Counted from the first letter of the stretch, positions 27,783 through 38,135 are shown. The stretch: DNA of 38,864 nt from Chthoniobacteraceae bacterium (GCA_031409655.1 JANNXQ010000212.1:1-38864); one strand, 5' to 3'. The notes: a model not told the origin generated them from the letters alone. Made by a program: numbers and translations.

Positions 27783-28700
27783 ATGTCCTCACTCCCCAAG
27801 TTCCTCCTCGCCACCTTGACCATCGCCGCGTCGTCGCTCTTCGCGACGGCCGCGCCCTTTCCGGACGAAGTGAAAATCAGCGGTTTTGCCGTTGGCCTCC
27901 AGGCCTGGACCTTCAATAAGTCCACGGTCTTCGAGACCATCGAAAAGACCGCTGCGACCGGGGCCAAGGTCATCGAATTTTTCCCCGGGCAAAAGCTCTC
28001 GCCGGAGGAACCGATGGTGCTTTTTGGCCATGCGCCGATGCGCGGCGAAGACCGCAAGAAGGCGACCGAGAAGCTGGATGCCGCGGCGACCAAGGAGGTG
28101 TGGGACAAGGTGAAGGCGAAGCTCAAGCAGCATGGCATCACGGCCGTGGCTTACGGGGTCGTGGCGATCTCGAAGGATCCCGCGGAAGCCCGAAGCGTCT
28201 TTGAGTTTGCGAAGTCGTTCGGCATTCGCGTGCTCAATACGGAGTCGGCGGATGCGATCGATACCTTTGAGCCACTCGTGAAGGAATACGACATCAAGGT
28301 CGGCTTTCATGATCATCCAAAGCGCCCGGATAACCCCGACTACCGGATGTGGGACCCGCATTACATCCTGGAGATCACCAAGGACCGCGACGCCCGGATC
28401 GGCTCCTGCGCGGACATCGGTCACTGGGTGACGAGCGGCTTAAACGCGCTCGACTGCGTGAAGCTGTTGAAAGGCCGCATCGTGAGCAGCCACATGAAAG
28501 ATCGCAACGCCCCGCTCCCGAGCGGGAAGGACGTGGTCTGGGGCACGGGCGTGAATAACGTCGCTGCCTTGCTCGATGAATTCCGCGCGCAGGGCTTTGA
28601 TGGGCCGATCTCGGCAGAACTCGAAAATGTCCTGTCCAATGACTTCGATGGGGCGAAGAAGTGCATCGACTTCATTCGCGAATACGGCGCGAAAAAGTAA
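27783..28700 (+). CDS. Exported sugar phosphate isomerase/epimerase (xylose isomerase-like TIM barrel)
   Basis: Signal peptide; 'IEFFPG', 'GFHDH', 'CADIGHW', 'SHMKD', 'GPISAE'. Confidence 0.88.
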   Translation: MSSLPKFLLATLTIAASSLFATAAPFPDEVKISGFAVGLQAWTFNKSTVFETIEKTAATGAKVIEFFPGQKLSPEEPMVLFGHAPMRGEDRKKATEKLDAAATKEVWDKVKAKLKQHGITAVAYGVVAISKDPAEARSVFEFAKSFGIRVLNTESADAIDTFEPLVKEYDIKVGFHDHPKRPDNPDYRMWDPHYILEITKDRDARIGSCADIGHWVTSGLNALDCVKLLKGRIVSSHMKDRNAPLPSGKDVVWGTGVNNVAALLDEFRAQGFDGPISAELENVLSNDFDGAKKCIDFIREYGAKK

Positions 28701-28718
28701 CGGGCTGAGGCGTGGCCG

Positions 28719-30812
28719 ATGAGCTTCCTGAATGGCTCCGTGCTCGCGGCCTTGCTGCCGCTGGCGTTGCTGCCGCTCTTGATCCATCTGCTGAATCTCC
28801 AGTTTCCGAAGCTCTTCGAGTTCTCGTCGGTCCGGCACATTCGCGAGACCGTGGCGCAGCGGTCGCGGATCTTCCGCTGGCGGCATCTGATCCTGCTCGC
28901 ACTGCGCACGCTCTTCGTGCTGGCGCTGCTCTTCGCTTTTCTCCGGCCGCTGCTGCCCCGCTTCGGATCCACGGCGCAGGCCACCACTGCCCGCGCGGTG
29001 CTGCTGGTCATCGATCGCTCGATGGGCATGGAGCACAAAGGCGGCGGCGTGAGCAGTCGGCAGCGCGCGGAGAGTGAGGCGGCGAAAATTCTCGCCACGC
29101 TCGGGGCCGATGATTCGGTGAATATCATCTCCGCGGACGCCGCGCCGAAGACGGCCTTCGTGGAGTTTTCGCGCAATCTCACGGAGGCGCGGCGCTTCAT
29201 CGGCGGACTGAAGCCGGCGCTTGGCCGCGGGGATTTCTCGGCGGCGAATGCGCTCGCTGGACGCCTGCTCGCGAGCACCGAGGCCCGCCCGGAGATCTAT
29301 TACCTGAGCGATTTTCAGCGGCGCAATTGGGCGAGCGTGGACTTCGCACCGCTGCCCGCCAGCGCGCGGCTCTTCTTCATCGATACCGCACCTCCAGCGC
29401 GGGAGAACCGCGCGATCCTCGGCGCGGCGATCAATCAAGCGCAGGTCCTCGCAGGCGACACCGTGACGCTGGAGATCGAGATCGCCAACTACCGCACCCA
29501 GCCGATGCAGGAGCCCGTGAAAGTCGTGGTCGATGCGCGCTCCACCTTTGAAAAGGAAGTGTCCGTGGCACCGTGGAGCACGGCGAAGGTGACCCTGCCG
29601 CTCCCGGCTGGCACGCCGGGGCTGCACCAGTGCGAGATCGCGCTCGCGCCGGACGATCTCGCGCCAGACGACCGTTTCTTCCTCGCGATCCCGGTCCTGG
29701 AAAAGGAGGGCATCCTCATCGTCTCCGATGTGCCCGAACCGCACACGGATTCGGTGCGCTTCCTGGAGACCGCGCTCAATCCTTACGAAGATCTTGCCGG
29801 TTCTCTGCTGCCAAAGCAGGTGCCCGCCGCGGGTCTCACGGCCACGGAACTGGCCACCGCGAAGAAGCTCTTCTTCACCCGCACCGGTCGGCTCGACGAT
29901 GCCGCCAGCCACTTACTCGCCGACTTTATCTTCCACGGTGGGGGCGCGATTTACTTTCTCGACGGAGCAAATGACGCGGCGAATCTGACGGCGCTGCAAG
30001 CCGCGCTTGGATCGACGAAGCTCCCGCTGCGCATCGGCGCGAAGCGCGCGGCGAGAAACATCGCGACGGGCGCGCAGCAGATTATTCGCGGCGATTTCAA
30101 GTCGCGCTATCTGCGGCTCTTCCGCGGGGCGCAGCGGCAGAATCTCGCGCTTCTCGAATTCTACGACATCCACGACGCCGCCTCGACCGGAGCGGGCCAT
30201 ATCTTACTTACTTACGCCGACGAGACGCCCGCGATGGCGGCGGTAAATCACGGGCTCGGCACCCTGCTGTTGCTGAATTTCAGTGTGAGTGAATTTTCCT
30301 CCAACCTCGCACGGCAGCGGGTTTTCCCGGCTTGGATGCAGGATCTCGTGAAGAGTATCGCCAGCGATGAACCGGTGCCAACCTCGAGCATCATCGGCGA
30401 CTCGATCCACGATGAAGTCTGGAAGGCGGAACTCCTGAAGGCACCGCTGCGCAAACCTGGCGGCAGCAATCTGGAGCCTCGCGCCGAAGCGCTCGGCGAG
30501 CGGGTCGCGATCTCGTTCACGCCGGATGAACTTGGCTTCTACACGATGCGCGATGGCAAGCTGCTCCACGCCTATGCCGTGAATGCGCCGCCGGAAGAAT
30601 CCGACCCCCGCGCCATCGATCGCACGCTGCTCCCCGAGCAACTCGCGGAGACGGGGCAGAAAGGTTACTTCGTCGCCGGGCGTGACGACCTGGAAAATCT
30701 GATCCTCGGAAAACCGATCTTTCACTGGTTCATCCTCGGCGGGCTCTTTCTTTTGAGCGCGGAACTCGCGCTGCAATTTCACGTCTCGCGGGCCGCCGGA
30801 AAGTCGGTGTGA
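28719..30812 (+). CDS. BatA-domain/vWA membrane protein
   Basis: 'MSFLN..L..LLPLLIHLLN...FSS....LLALR' BatA N-terminus; MIDAS-like 'DRSMGM', 'LSDFQ'; C-terminal TM. Confidence 0.87.
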   Translation: MSFLNGSVLAALLPLALLPLLIHLLNLQFPKLFEFSSVRHIRETVAQRSRIFRWRHLILLALRTLFVLALLFAFLRPLLPRFGSTAQATTARAVLLVIDRSMGMEHKGGGVSSRQRAESEAAKILATLGADDSVNIISADAAPKTAFVEFSRNLTEARRFIGGLKPALGRGDFSAANALAGRLLASTEARPEIYYLSDFQRRNWASVDFAPLPASARLFFIDTAPPARENRAILGAAINQAQVLAGDTVTLEIEIANYRTQPMQEPVKVVVDARSTFEKEVSVAPWSTAKVTLPLPAGTPGLHQCEIALAPDDLAPDDRFFLAIPVLEKEGILIVSDVPEPHTDSVRFLETALNPYEDLAGSLLPKQVPAAGLTATELATAKKLFFTRTGRLDDAASHLLADFIFHGGGAIYFLDGANDAANLTALQAALGSTKLPLRIGAKRAARNIATGAQQIIRGDFKSRYLRLFRGAQRQNLALLEFYDIHDAASTGAGHILLTYADETPAMAAVNHGLGTLLLLNFSVSEFSSNLARQRVFPAWMQDLVKSIASDEPVPTSSIIGDSIHDEVWKAELLKAPLRKPGGSNLEPRAEALGERVAISFTPDELGFYTMRDGKLLHAYAVNAPPEESDPRAIDRTLLPEQLAETGQKGYFVAGRDDLENLILGKPIFHWFILGGLFLLSAELALQFHVSRAAGKSV

Positions 30813-30832
30813 TCGTCGGGCTGGTCACGGCG

Positions 30833-30937
30833 CGACGTTCGATGTTCGATGTTCGGAGTTCGATGTTCGACGTTTTCCCTCACCACCAACCTTTCGCGAT
30901 TCCTCTCCCTCGGAGGAGGAACATCGAACATCGAACG
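30833..30937. repeat. Inverted heptamer repeat hairpin (GTTCGAT / ATCGAAC)
   Basis: About 6 x GTTCGA(T/C)-type units facing about 3 x GAACATC; same heptamer as 3471-3656 with the arms in opposite order. Confidence 0.85.
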
Positions 30938-30954
30938 AGGGGCGCGCGCTGACG

Positions 30955-32298
30955 ATGGATTGGCTCACGCTGCTTTCCGAAGATCGCCTCGGCCGCGAAC
31001 GCAAATCGCGCCCGCACGATCCCGCGCGCTCCGAGTTCCGCCGCGACTCGGATCGCATCACTTTCTCCAGCGCCTTTCGCCGCTTGCAGGATAAGACGCA
31101 GGTCTTCCCCCTCGCCGACAATGATTACGTGCGCACGCGGCTCACGCATTCGTTGGAAGTCGCCAGCGTCGCGCGCTCCCTGGCCACGCGGATCGGCGGG
31201 GACATTTGCGCGCGGCACGGCCTGCGCGAATTGCATCCGAGCGACTTCGGCGAGGTGGCCTCGGCCGCGGCGCTCGCGCACGATCTCGGCAATCCGCCCT
31301 TCGGCCACTCGGGTGAGGACGCCATCCGGCATTGGTTCAAAACGTCGCCGCAAGCGCAGCGCGCCGCCACGGGGCTCACCGCCAGCGAGCACGCCGACCT
31401 CGATCGTTTCGAAGGCAATGCCCAGGGCTTCCGCCTCATCACGCGCTTGCAGATGCCGGACAATGTCGGCGGTCTCCAACTAACCTGCGCAACGCTCGGC
31501 GCCTTCACCAAGTATCCGCGCGCCAGCGCCGGCGAAGTCGGGCACCACGGCGCGAGCACGAAGAAGTTCGGCTTTTTCCAAAGCGAGTCCGAGCATTTCG
31601 CGGAAGTCGCCGCGCGCTGCGGCCTGCTCCGGCGCGAGACCCGCGCGGCGTGTTGGGCGCGGCATCCGCTGGCCTTCGTTGTCGAAGCGGCGGACGACAT
31701 TTGCTACCGGCTCGTCGATCTCGAGGACGGCTTCCGGCTCGGCCACGTTCCTTACAAGACAGCCGAGGATCTCTATCTCGCCGTCATCACGCCCGCCAAT
31801 CAACCGAAGCGCCTCAACGAAATCGCGACGGAAATGCGCCGTATCCAGTTACTGCGCACGCTCGCAATCGGCAGCGCCATCGACGCCTGCGCCGAGCTTT
31901 TCCTCGACCGCGAACCGGAGATCCTCGCCGGCACTTTCGACGCACCTTTGATCGACGCCATCGCCAGCGGCCCGGCCTGGGATCAGATCATCCGCATCTC
32001 CCGCGAGCGGATCTACAACACTCCGCGCGGCGTGGAAATCGAGGCCGCGGGCTTCGAGGTTCTCGGCGGGTTGCTCGACGTCTTCGTCTCCGCGCTCAAT
32101 GAACACGCCATCCATCCGAAGCGCTCCACAAAGCTGCTCCAGCTCGTCCCCGCCGAGACCCTCGGCCCGGATCGCCAGCCGCTCGCGTCGCCCTACGAGC
32201 GGCTGCTGCGGATGTTCGATTTTGTCTCCGGCATGACGGATAGCTACGCCGTCACCTTGTACAAGAAGGTGCGCGGCATCTCGCTGCCGGGGCAGTGA
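30955..32298 (+). CDS. dgt: Deoxyguanosinetriphosphate triphosphohydrolase (HD family)
   Basis: 'FRRLQDKTQVFP', 'RTRLTHSLEV', 'LAHDLGNPPFGHSGE', 'FEGNAQ', 'EAADDICY', 'SGMTD'. Confidence 0.95.
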   Translation: MDWLTLLSEDRLGRERKSRPHDPARSEFRRDSDRITFSSAFRRLQDKTQVFPLADNDYVRTRLTHSLEVASVARSLATRIGGDICARHGLRELHPSDFGEVASAAALAHDLGNPPFGHSGEDAIRHWFKTSPQAQRAATGLTASEHADLDRFEGNAQGFRLITRLQMPDNVGGLQLTCATLGAFTKYPRASAGEVGHHGASTKKFGFFQSESEHFAEVAARCGLLRRETRAACWARHPLAFVVEAADDICYRLVDLEDGFRLGHVPYKTAEDLYLAVITPANQPKRLNEIATEMRRIQLLRTLAIGSAIDACAELFLDREPEILAGTFDAPLIDAIASGPAWDQIIRISRERIYNTPRGVEIEAAGFEVLGGLLDVFVSALNEHAIHPKRSTKLLQLVPAETLGPDRQPLASPYERLLRMFDFVSGMTDSYAVTLYKKVRGISLPGQ

Positions 32299-32317
32299 GT
32301 GGCGCCCTGCTGCCCCT

Positions 32318-32432
32318 CAGAGGGAAAGGCGGCTCGTCCTCGTAATCGTCCTCGTCCTCGTCCTCGTCCTTGATCGGAAGGTTTTCGGTCGAGGACGAGG
32401 ACGAGGACGATTACGACGACGGCACCCCTCTG
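32318..32432. repeat. Inverted hexamer (CTCGTC/GACGAG) repeat hairpin
   Basis: (CTCGTC)n with one CGTAAT variant, mirrored by (GAGGAC)n with ATTACG; outer CAGAGGG/CCCTCTG stem. Confidence 0.88.
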
Positions 32433-32507
32433 CCCTCAGCAAAGTCAGACCCGCCGCTCCGGCATTGCGCCTGAACGCCGCCCATCTACACTCCCCCACC
32501 TTTCGCC

Positions 32508-33428
32508 ATGAAGCTGTCCCTGATTACCCTCTTGCTCGCCATCGTGCTCCCGCACTCCGTCCACGCCCAGGCGGCTTACGCCATCATCGACAACACCACC
32601 GGGCTCATCCTCGAAAGCTCAAACGCCACCAAGAAACTCCAGGTCGCCAGCCTGACCAAGATCGCCACGGCCATGGTCGTTCTGGATTGGGCCGAAGCCC
32701 GCGGTCAGGACGTGGGACAAATGGCCACCGTCCCCGCGTCCGCTGCGGATCTTTCCACCCCGGGCGGCATCGGCTTTCAGGCCGGCGACCGCTGCTCCCT
32801 GCGCGACCTGCTCTACGCCGCGATGATGCAGTCGGACAATCAAGCCGCCGAGACGCTTGCCGTTCACGTCGGCGGTGCGCTCGGACGCGGCAACCTTCCA
32901 CCCGCCGACGAATTCGTCGCGCAGATGAATGCCCTCGCCCGCCGCCTCGAGATGACGCGCACCCGTTTCCTGAACGCGCACGGCCTCGACAATCTCGAAC
33001 GCGCCGTCCCCTACTCCACCGCCGAAGACCTCGCAAAGCTGACCCGCTACGCCATGAGTCAGAGCGCGTTCCGTTTCTACGTCTCCCAAAAGGAACGCAA
33101 GATCGCCTACGAGTCCGCCCTGGGTGAACCGAATGCCTACCTCCTGCGCAACACGAATCAACTCGTGGGGGTGAATGATATCGACGGCGTAAAGACCGGG
33201 ACCACGCGCAAAGCCGGCCAATGCCTCATCGTCTCCGCGGCCAAACCACCGGATTCCCGCCAGGTCGGAGAAAAGCACATCATCACTCCGCGCCGGGTGG
33301 ACGTGGTCGTCCTTGGCTCGGAAGATCGCTTCAATGAAGCCTCGCGCTTGATGCAGCGCGGCTGGCAGCTCTACGACTCGTGGGCCGCGGCGGGTCGCCC
33401 GCTCAAGGGTTGGAAAGCTTCGCGGTAA
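32508..33428 (+). CDS. D-alanyl-D-alanine carboxypeptidase (peptidase S11)
   Basis: Signal peptide; SxxK 'ASLTK', SxN 'SDN', 'NAHGL', 'GVKTG'. Confidence 0.92.
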   Translation: MKLSLITLLLAIVLPHSVHAQAAYAIIDNTTGLILESSNATKKLQVASLTKIATAMVVLDWAEARGQDVGQMATVPASAADLSTPGGIGFQAGDRCSLRDLLYAAMMQSDNQAAETLAVHVGGALGRGNLPPADEFVAQMNALARRLEMTRTRFLNAHGLDNLERAVPYSTAEDLAKLTRYAMSQSAFRFYVSQKERKIAYESALGEPNAYLLRNTNQLVGVNDIDGVKTGTTRKAGQCLIVSAAKPPDSRQVGEKHIITPRRVDVVVLGSEDRFNEASRLMQRGWQLYDSWAAAGRPLKGWKASR

Positions 33429-33571
33429 CGCCCCTTCCTTCGCCCCAGACACCGCATGAACATGCGAGGAGACGCCTTTTGCCTTTCTCGCTACATAATT
33501 CTTCCGAGCGCGCCTTTTCCCGCTTGAATCAGTTGGCCCGCTCTGCCTTCCGCTCCTTCTTCGACTCCATC

Positions 33572-36500
33572 ATGAAACGTATCCTCCTCTCGCTCACCCT
33601 CGCCCTCTTTGCGTCGTCCGCCTTTGCCGCCGACTGGCTGCATCTTCCGGCCAAAGCCGGCACGGCTAACGGCAAGAAGATTGTCCTCGTCTCCGGCGAC
33701 GAGGAATACCGCAGCGAGGAGAGCTGCCCGATGCTGGCCAAGATCCTCAGCCAGAAGCACGGCTTTGATTGCACGGTGCTCTTCGCGATCAATCCGGACG
33801 GTGGCTATATCGATTCTAACTATCAAAAACACATTCCCGGCACCGAGGCCCTCGACTCGGCTGACCTCCTGATCATCGGCACCCGCTTCCGCCAGTTACC
33901 GGACGATCAACTCGCGCACTTCGCGAAGTTCCTCGACGCGGGCAAACCGGTGATTGGGTTCCGCACGGCGACCCATGCCTTTAACGGGCCTGCGAAGACC
34001 GGTGATTTTAAGTGGTCGGAGTTTGGGTTGAAGATTCTCGGGGAGAGGTGGGTGAGCCATCACGGCGATCACAAGAAAGAGGGCACGAGGAGCATCGTCG
34101 AGGCGGTGGATGCGACCAATGAGATCCTGCGCGGCGTGGGCGAAATCTTTGGGCCGACGGATGTGTATGGCATCGCCAATCTTGATCAGAAAGCGGCCAC
34201 GATCCTCCTCCGTGGCGCGGTGACGGAAACGCTGGATCCCGCTTCGAAGGCCGTCGAAGGTCCGAAGAATAATCCACTCATGCCACTCGCCTGGCTGCGC
34301 GAATACACCGCGCCAAATGGCACGACCAAAGGCAAAGCCTTCTGCACCACGCTGGGCGCCTCCGTCGATTTTGCGGATGAAGACCTGCGCCGGTTGGTCG
34401 TGAACGCCGCGTATCATCTGACCGGCGGGAAGGTGCCCGGAAAGGCGGACGTGGGTTATGTCGATCCCTTCGCGCCAACCTTCTACAGCGCCATTGGCGG
34501 GGACTACTATAAGCAACTCAATCGCAAGCCCGACGACTACGTGCTCGGCAAGAGCCCGGCGACGGGCCTGCCCGCTGCCCAGCCCAAGAAGGAAAATAAG
34601 AAGGAGGAAAAAAGGGCGGCGAAGGTCGATCCGAAGACCGGAGAGAAGATCCGCAAGGACAACAGCGGGGCCGGAGCGCCCCATGCGCCGAGTGCTGAGC
34701 CGCAGGACGCCGCCTCGGTGCGCCCGCAAGTCGTCGCTCCCCCGGCCAAAGGCGAGCGCATCGTGCTCCTCGGCAATGGGCTCGCCGAGCGCGACGTCCA
34801 CTACAGCCGCATCGAGACGGAGCTGCATCTGCGTTACCCGGAGCAGGAGCTTTTTCTCCGGAATATGGGCCACGTCGGCGACACGCCGGGCTTCCGTCCG
34901 CATCCGTCGCGCGAATCGCAGTGGGCCTTCCCCGGCGCGGAGAAATTCCATCCCGAACTCAATGTGCATCACGGCAAGGGCTTCTTCCCCACTCCCGACC
35001 AATGGCTCACCCATCTCGAGGCCGACACCATCGTGGCCTTCTTCGGTTACAACGAATCCTTCGACGGCCCGAGCAAAGTTGCAAACTTCGAGGCGGAACT
35101 CGACGCCTGGGTCGCGCACACCCTGAGCAAAGCTTACAATGGCAAGGCCGCGCCGCGTCTCGTGCTGGTGTCGCCCGTGGCCTTTGAAAATCAGTCCGCC
35201 AAACGCGACCTGCCAAGCGGCGAAAAGGAAAACGCGAACCTGATCCTCTACGCGGCGTCGGTGGAGAACGTGGCGAAGAAGCGCGGCCTCACTTTCATCG
35301 ACCTCTTTACGCCCACGCGGAGCCTTTACGCAAAGGCGCAGCAGCCCTTGACCACCGGCGGCTTCGTGCCAAATGACGAAGGTTACAAACAAGTCGCCAC
35401 GATCCTCGCGACTGGTTTGTTTGGCCATCAGACTCGGGTGTCGAAGGCCGACCCGGAGATGCAGCACGCCGCCGTGAAACAGAAGGACTGGTTCTGGAAT
35501 AACGATTACAACCTCCTCAATGGCGTCCACACCCATGGGCAGCGTTACAATCCCTTTGGCCCGCAGAATTATCCCGATGAAGTAAAGAAGAACCGCGAGA
35601 TGGCGGCGATCCGCGATGGGCTCATCCACAATCTCGCCGCCGGGAAGAAGAAGGATCTCGTGGTGGACGACAGCAAGACCCACCCGCTCCCCCCCGTGCC
35701 GACGAACTACCAGCCGAGCGTCAAGAACGGCAGCGAGCGGTATCTCTACGGCGCCGAGGCCTTGAAGTCGCTCACCGTTCCCGAGGGTTACAAAGTCGAG
35801 CTGTTTGCCAGCGAGAAGGAGTTCCCGAATCTCGCCAACCCGATGCAGCTTTCCTTTGATAACAAAGGCCGGCTCTGGGTCGCCGTGATGCCCACCTACC
35901 CGCACTACCGCCCCGGCGATGCGCTGCCGAACGATAAGATCCTCATCTACGAGGACACGAACGGCGACGGCAAGGCGGACAAGGAAACCATCTTCGCGGA
36001 CAAGCTCCATTTGCCCATCGGCTTCGAGTTTGCGCCGGAGGGTGTCTATGTCTCGCAAGAGCCCAATCTCGTGCTCCTGCGCGACACCAATGGCGACGAC
36101 AAGTCCGATAGTATGGAGATCATCCTCGGCGGCTTTGACACCCACGACACCCATCACGCGATCAGCGCTTATACCGCGGACCCGAGCGGTGCCTTCATGC
36201 TCTGCGAAGGCGTCTTTCTGCACTCGAATGTCGAGACGCCTTACGGCCCGGTGCGCTGCGTCGATGGCGGCTTTTTCCGTTACAGCCCGCAGCGCGGCCA
36301 GCTCGAGCGCACCATCCAGATGTCGATCCCGAACCCGTGGGGCTATGTCTTCGATAAGTGGGGCCAGGACTTCCTCCTCCACACTTCGGGCACGACCATG
36401 AACTGGGCGCTCCCCGTCCAAGTGAAGCCGACCTTCGGCAGCAAGACGCCATCCACTCCCGACCTCGTTCCCGAGGGACAAAAGGTGCGGCCCACCTCCG

Positions 36501-37810
36501 GCCTTGAGATCGTCTCCTCACGTCATTTCCCCGATGCCGTCCAGGGCGATCTCATCCTCTGCAATTCCATCGGCTTCCTCGGCATCAAGCAGCACCAGAT
36601 CGTGGACGACGGCACCGGCTGGAAGACCACCTTCCGCCACGACCTGCTCAAGAGCAGCGACGGCAACTTCCGGCCCGTCGATCTCGAGTTTGCGCCGGAT
36701 GGCTCCCTCTATGTCATCGACTGGCACAACGTCCTCATCGGCCACATGCAGCACAATGCGCGCGACCCTCTCCGCGATCACGTCCACGGCCGCATCTATC
36801 GCATTACTTATCCGAGCCGCCCGCTCGTGAAGCCCGTGCCAGTCGCTGGCGCTCCCATCGCGACCTTGCTGAATCACTTAAAGGAACCCGAGCTGCGCAC
36901 CCGCTACCGCACCCGCCGGGAACTCCGCGCCCATCCCACCACCGAAGTCCTCCCCGCCGTGAAAAGCTGGGTCGCCGCGCTCGATAAGAGCGACGCGAAC
37001 TACGAACATCACGTCCTCGAAGGGCTCTGGACCACCTGGGGCATGAATCAGATCGACGAAAGCCTGCTCCGGCAGATGCTCGCCGCGAAAGACTTCCGCG
37101 CCCGCGCCGCTGCCGTGCGCGTGCTCCGTTACAACTTCCACCGCGTTGCCGATCACGCCGCGCTCCTGGAAAAAGCCGCTGCCGACGAACACGGTCGGGT
37201 GCGTCTCGAAGCCATCGTCGCCGCCTCCTGGCTGCCAGACATCGCCGCGGCGAAAAAGATCGTCGCCATCGGCGCGAGCAAGCCCCTCGACGTGTGGAGT
37301 CAAAGCGCCGCCAAGACCGCCGGCGATCGCCTCGCGGGTATTGCGGAAGTCGAGCGGCCCGAATTCAAGGAACTCGCCGCCCCCGCGCACCTCGACGCCG
37401 CGGCCAAGGCGCAATATCTCGCCGGCCAGAAAATCTACTTCCGCGAAGGCCACTGCGTCACCTGCCATCAACCCAACGGCAAAGGCCTCGACCCAGCCTT
37501 CCCCTCGATCGAGCAGAGCCCCTGGGTCACGGGCGACCCCGATCGCCTCATCAAGCTCACGATGTATGGCCTCATGGGTCCGCTCGAGATCAACGGCAAA
37601 AAATACGACGGCCAGGTCCCGATGACCCCTTTCGGCGGCATGCTGAAAGACGACGAAATGGCCTCCGTCCTCACCTTCGTCCGCAACAGCTTTGGCAACC
37701 AAGCCACGCCCGTGAAAGCCGAGCAGGTGAAAGTCATCCGCGACGCCAACCCCGGTCGCGTCATGTTCTTCACCACCGAAGAGCTGCTGAAGCAGCACCC
37801 GATGAAGTAA
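33572..37810 (+). CDS. PVC-type heme-binding CxxCH protein (ThuA-like, SGNH-like, dehydrogenase beta-propeller, HEAT and cytochrome c domains)
   Basis: Signal peptide; 'SGDEEYRSEE'; 'LLGNGLAE..GYNES'; 'ELFASE..LANPMQ.SFD..GRLWV', 'FRPVD...PDGSLY..DWHN'; 'CVTCH'. Confidence 0.9.
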   Translation: MKRILLSLTLALFASSAFAADWLHLPAKAGTANGKKIVLVSGDEEYRSEESCPMLAKILSQKHGFDCTVLFAINPDGGYIDSNYQKHIPGTEALDSADLLIIGTRFRQLPDDQLAHFAKFLDAGKPVIGFRTATHAFNGPAKTGDFKWSEFGLKILGERWVSHHGDHKKEGTRSIVEAVDATNEILRGVGEIFGPTDVYGIANLDQKAATILLRGAVTETLDPASKAVEGPKNNPLMPLAWLREYTAPNGTTKGKAFCTTLGASVDFADEDLRRLVVNAAYHLTGGKVPGKADVGYVDPFAPTFYSAIGGDYYKQLNRKPDDYVLGKSPATGLPAAQPKKENKKEEKRAAKVDPKTGEKIRKDNSGAGAPHAPSAEPQDAASVRPQVVAPPAKGERIVLLGNGLAERDVHYSRIETELHLRYPEQELFLRNMGHVGDTPGFRPHPSRESQWAFPGAEKFHPELNVHHGKGFFPTPDQWLTHLEADTIVAFFGYNESFDGPSKVANFEAELDAWVAHTLSKAYNGKAAPRLVLVSPVAFENQSAKRDLPSGEKENANLILYAASVENVAKKRGLTFIDLFTPTRSLYAKAQQPLTTGGFVPNDEGYKQVATILATGLFGHQTRVSKADPEMQHAAVKQKDWFWNNDYNLLNGVHTHGQRYNPFGPQNYPDEVKKNREMAAIRDGLIHNLAAGKKKDLVVDDSKTHPLPPVPTNYQPSVKNGSERYLYGAEALKSLTVPEGYKVELFASEKEFPNLANPMQLSFDNKGRLWVAVMPTYPHYRPGDALPNDKILIYEDTNGDGKADKETIFADKLHLPIGFEFAPEGVYVSQEPNLVLLRDTNGDDKSDSMEIILGGFDTHDTHHAISAYTADPSGAFMLCEGVFLHSNVETPYGPVRCVDGGFFRYSPQRGQLERTIQMSIPNPWGYVFDKWGQDFLLHTSGTTMNWALPVQVKPTFGSKTPSTPDLVPEGQKVRPTSGLEIVSSRHFPDAVQGDLILCNSIGFLGIKQHQIVDDGTGWKTTFRHDLLKSSDGNFRPVDLEFAPDGSLYVIDWHNVLIGHMQHNARDPLRDHVHGRIYRITYPSRPLVKPVPVAGAPIATLLNHLKEPELRTRYRTRRELRAHPTTEVLPAVKSWVAALDKSDANYEHHVLEGLWTTWGMNQIDESLLRQMLAAKDFRARAAAVRVLRYNFHRVADHAALLEKAAADEHGRVRLEAIVAASWLPDIAAAKKIVAIGASKPLDVWSQSAAKTAGDRLAGIAEVERPEFKELAAPAHLDAAAKAQYLAGQKIYFREGHCVTCHQPNGKGLDPAFPSIEQSPWVTGDPDRLIKLTMYGLMGPLEINGKKYDGQVPMTPFGGMLKDDEMASVLTFVRNSFGNQATPVKAEQVKVIRDANPGRVMFFTTEELLKQHPMK

Positions 37811-38034
37811 CCGACGCCATGCCCCCGGCTGCGCAGGCGGGGGTAGAGCGTCATCATCGGCTCGCTCTTGCAGGTCTAGCCGGTGCCGCCGGGGGCAGGC
37901 GTGCCCGTCTCACCCAAGGACGCTTCGGCGAACGGAGCGAAGTCCGGCTCCATTAAATCCGCGTCCGCCGAGGAGGTGGTGGAAAATCGGGAGGACAGCG
38001 GGCGGGCGAGACGGGTCCAGCGGCCCACTTGGCC

Positions 38035-38114
38035 GGTGGTGGAGCACTTTCACCGAAAGTGACCCGGTGGTTCAGAGAGCACCGCGGCAGTTTCGGCGAA
38101 ACTGCCCCACCACC
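38035..38114. repeat. GTGG-type REP-like doublet / multi-stem hairpin
   Basis: GGTGGTGGAGCACTTTCACCGAAAGTG ... GGCAGTTTCGGCGAAACTGCCCCACCACC with a small central hairpin. Confidence 0.7.
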
Positions 38115-38135
38115 ACTTACCCAGCCTTGGGGACG

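Noticed and set aside
30955..32298. dGTPase as an anti-phage defence gene
   Set aside because: Host-like codon usage and housekeeping neighbours; nothing here distinguishes it from ordinary dgt.
33896..36481. 861-aa antisense ORF and similar long shadows (680..1546, 6911..7876, 10608..12350, 12654..14093, 28440..29912)
   Set aside because: They lie opposite well-supported genes, which is expected in high-GC DNA, and show no recognisable motifs.
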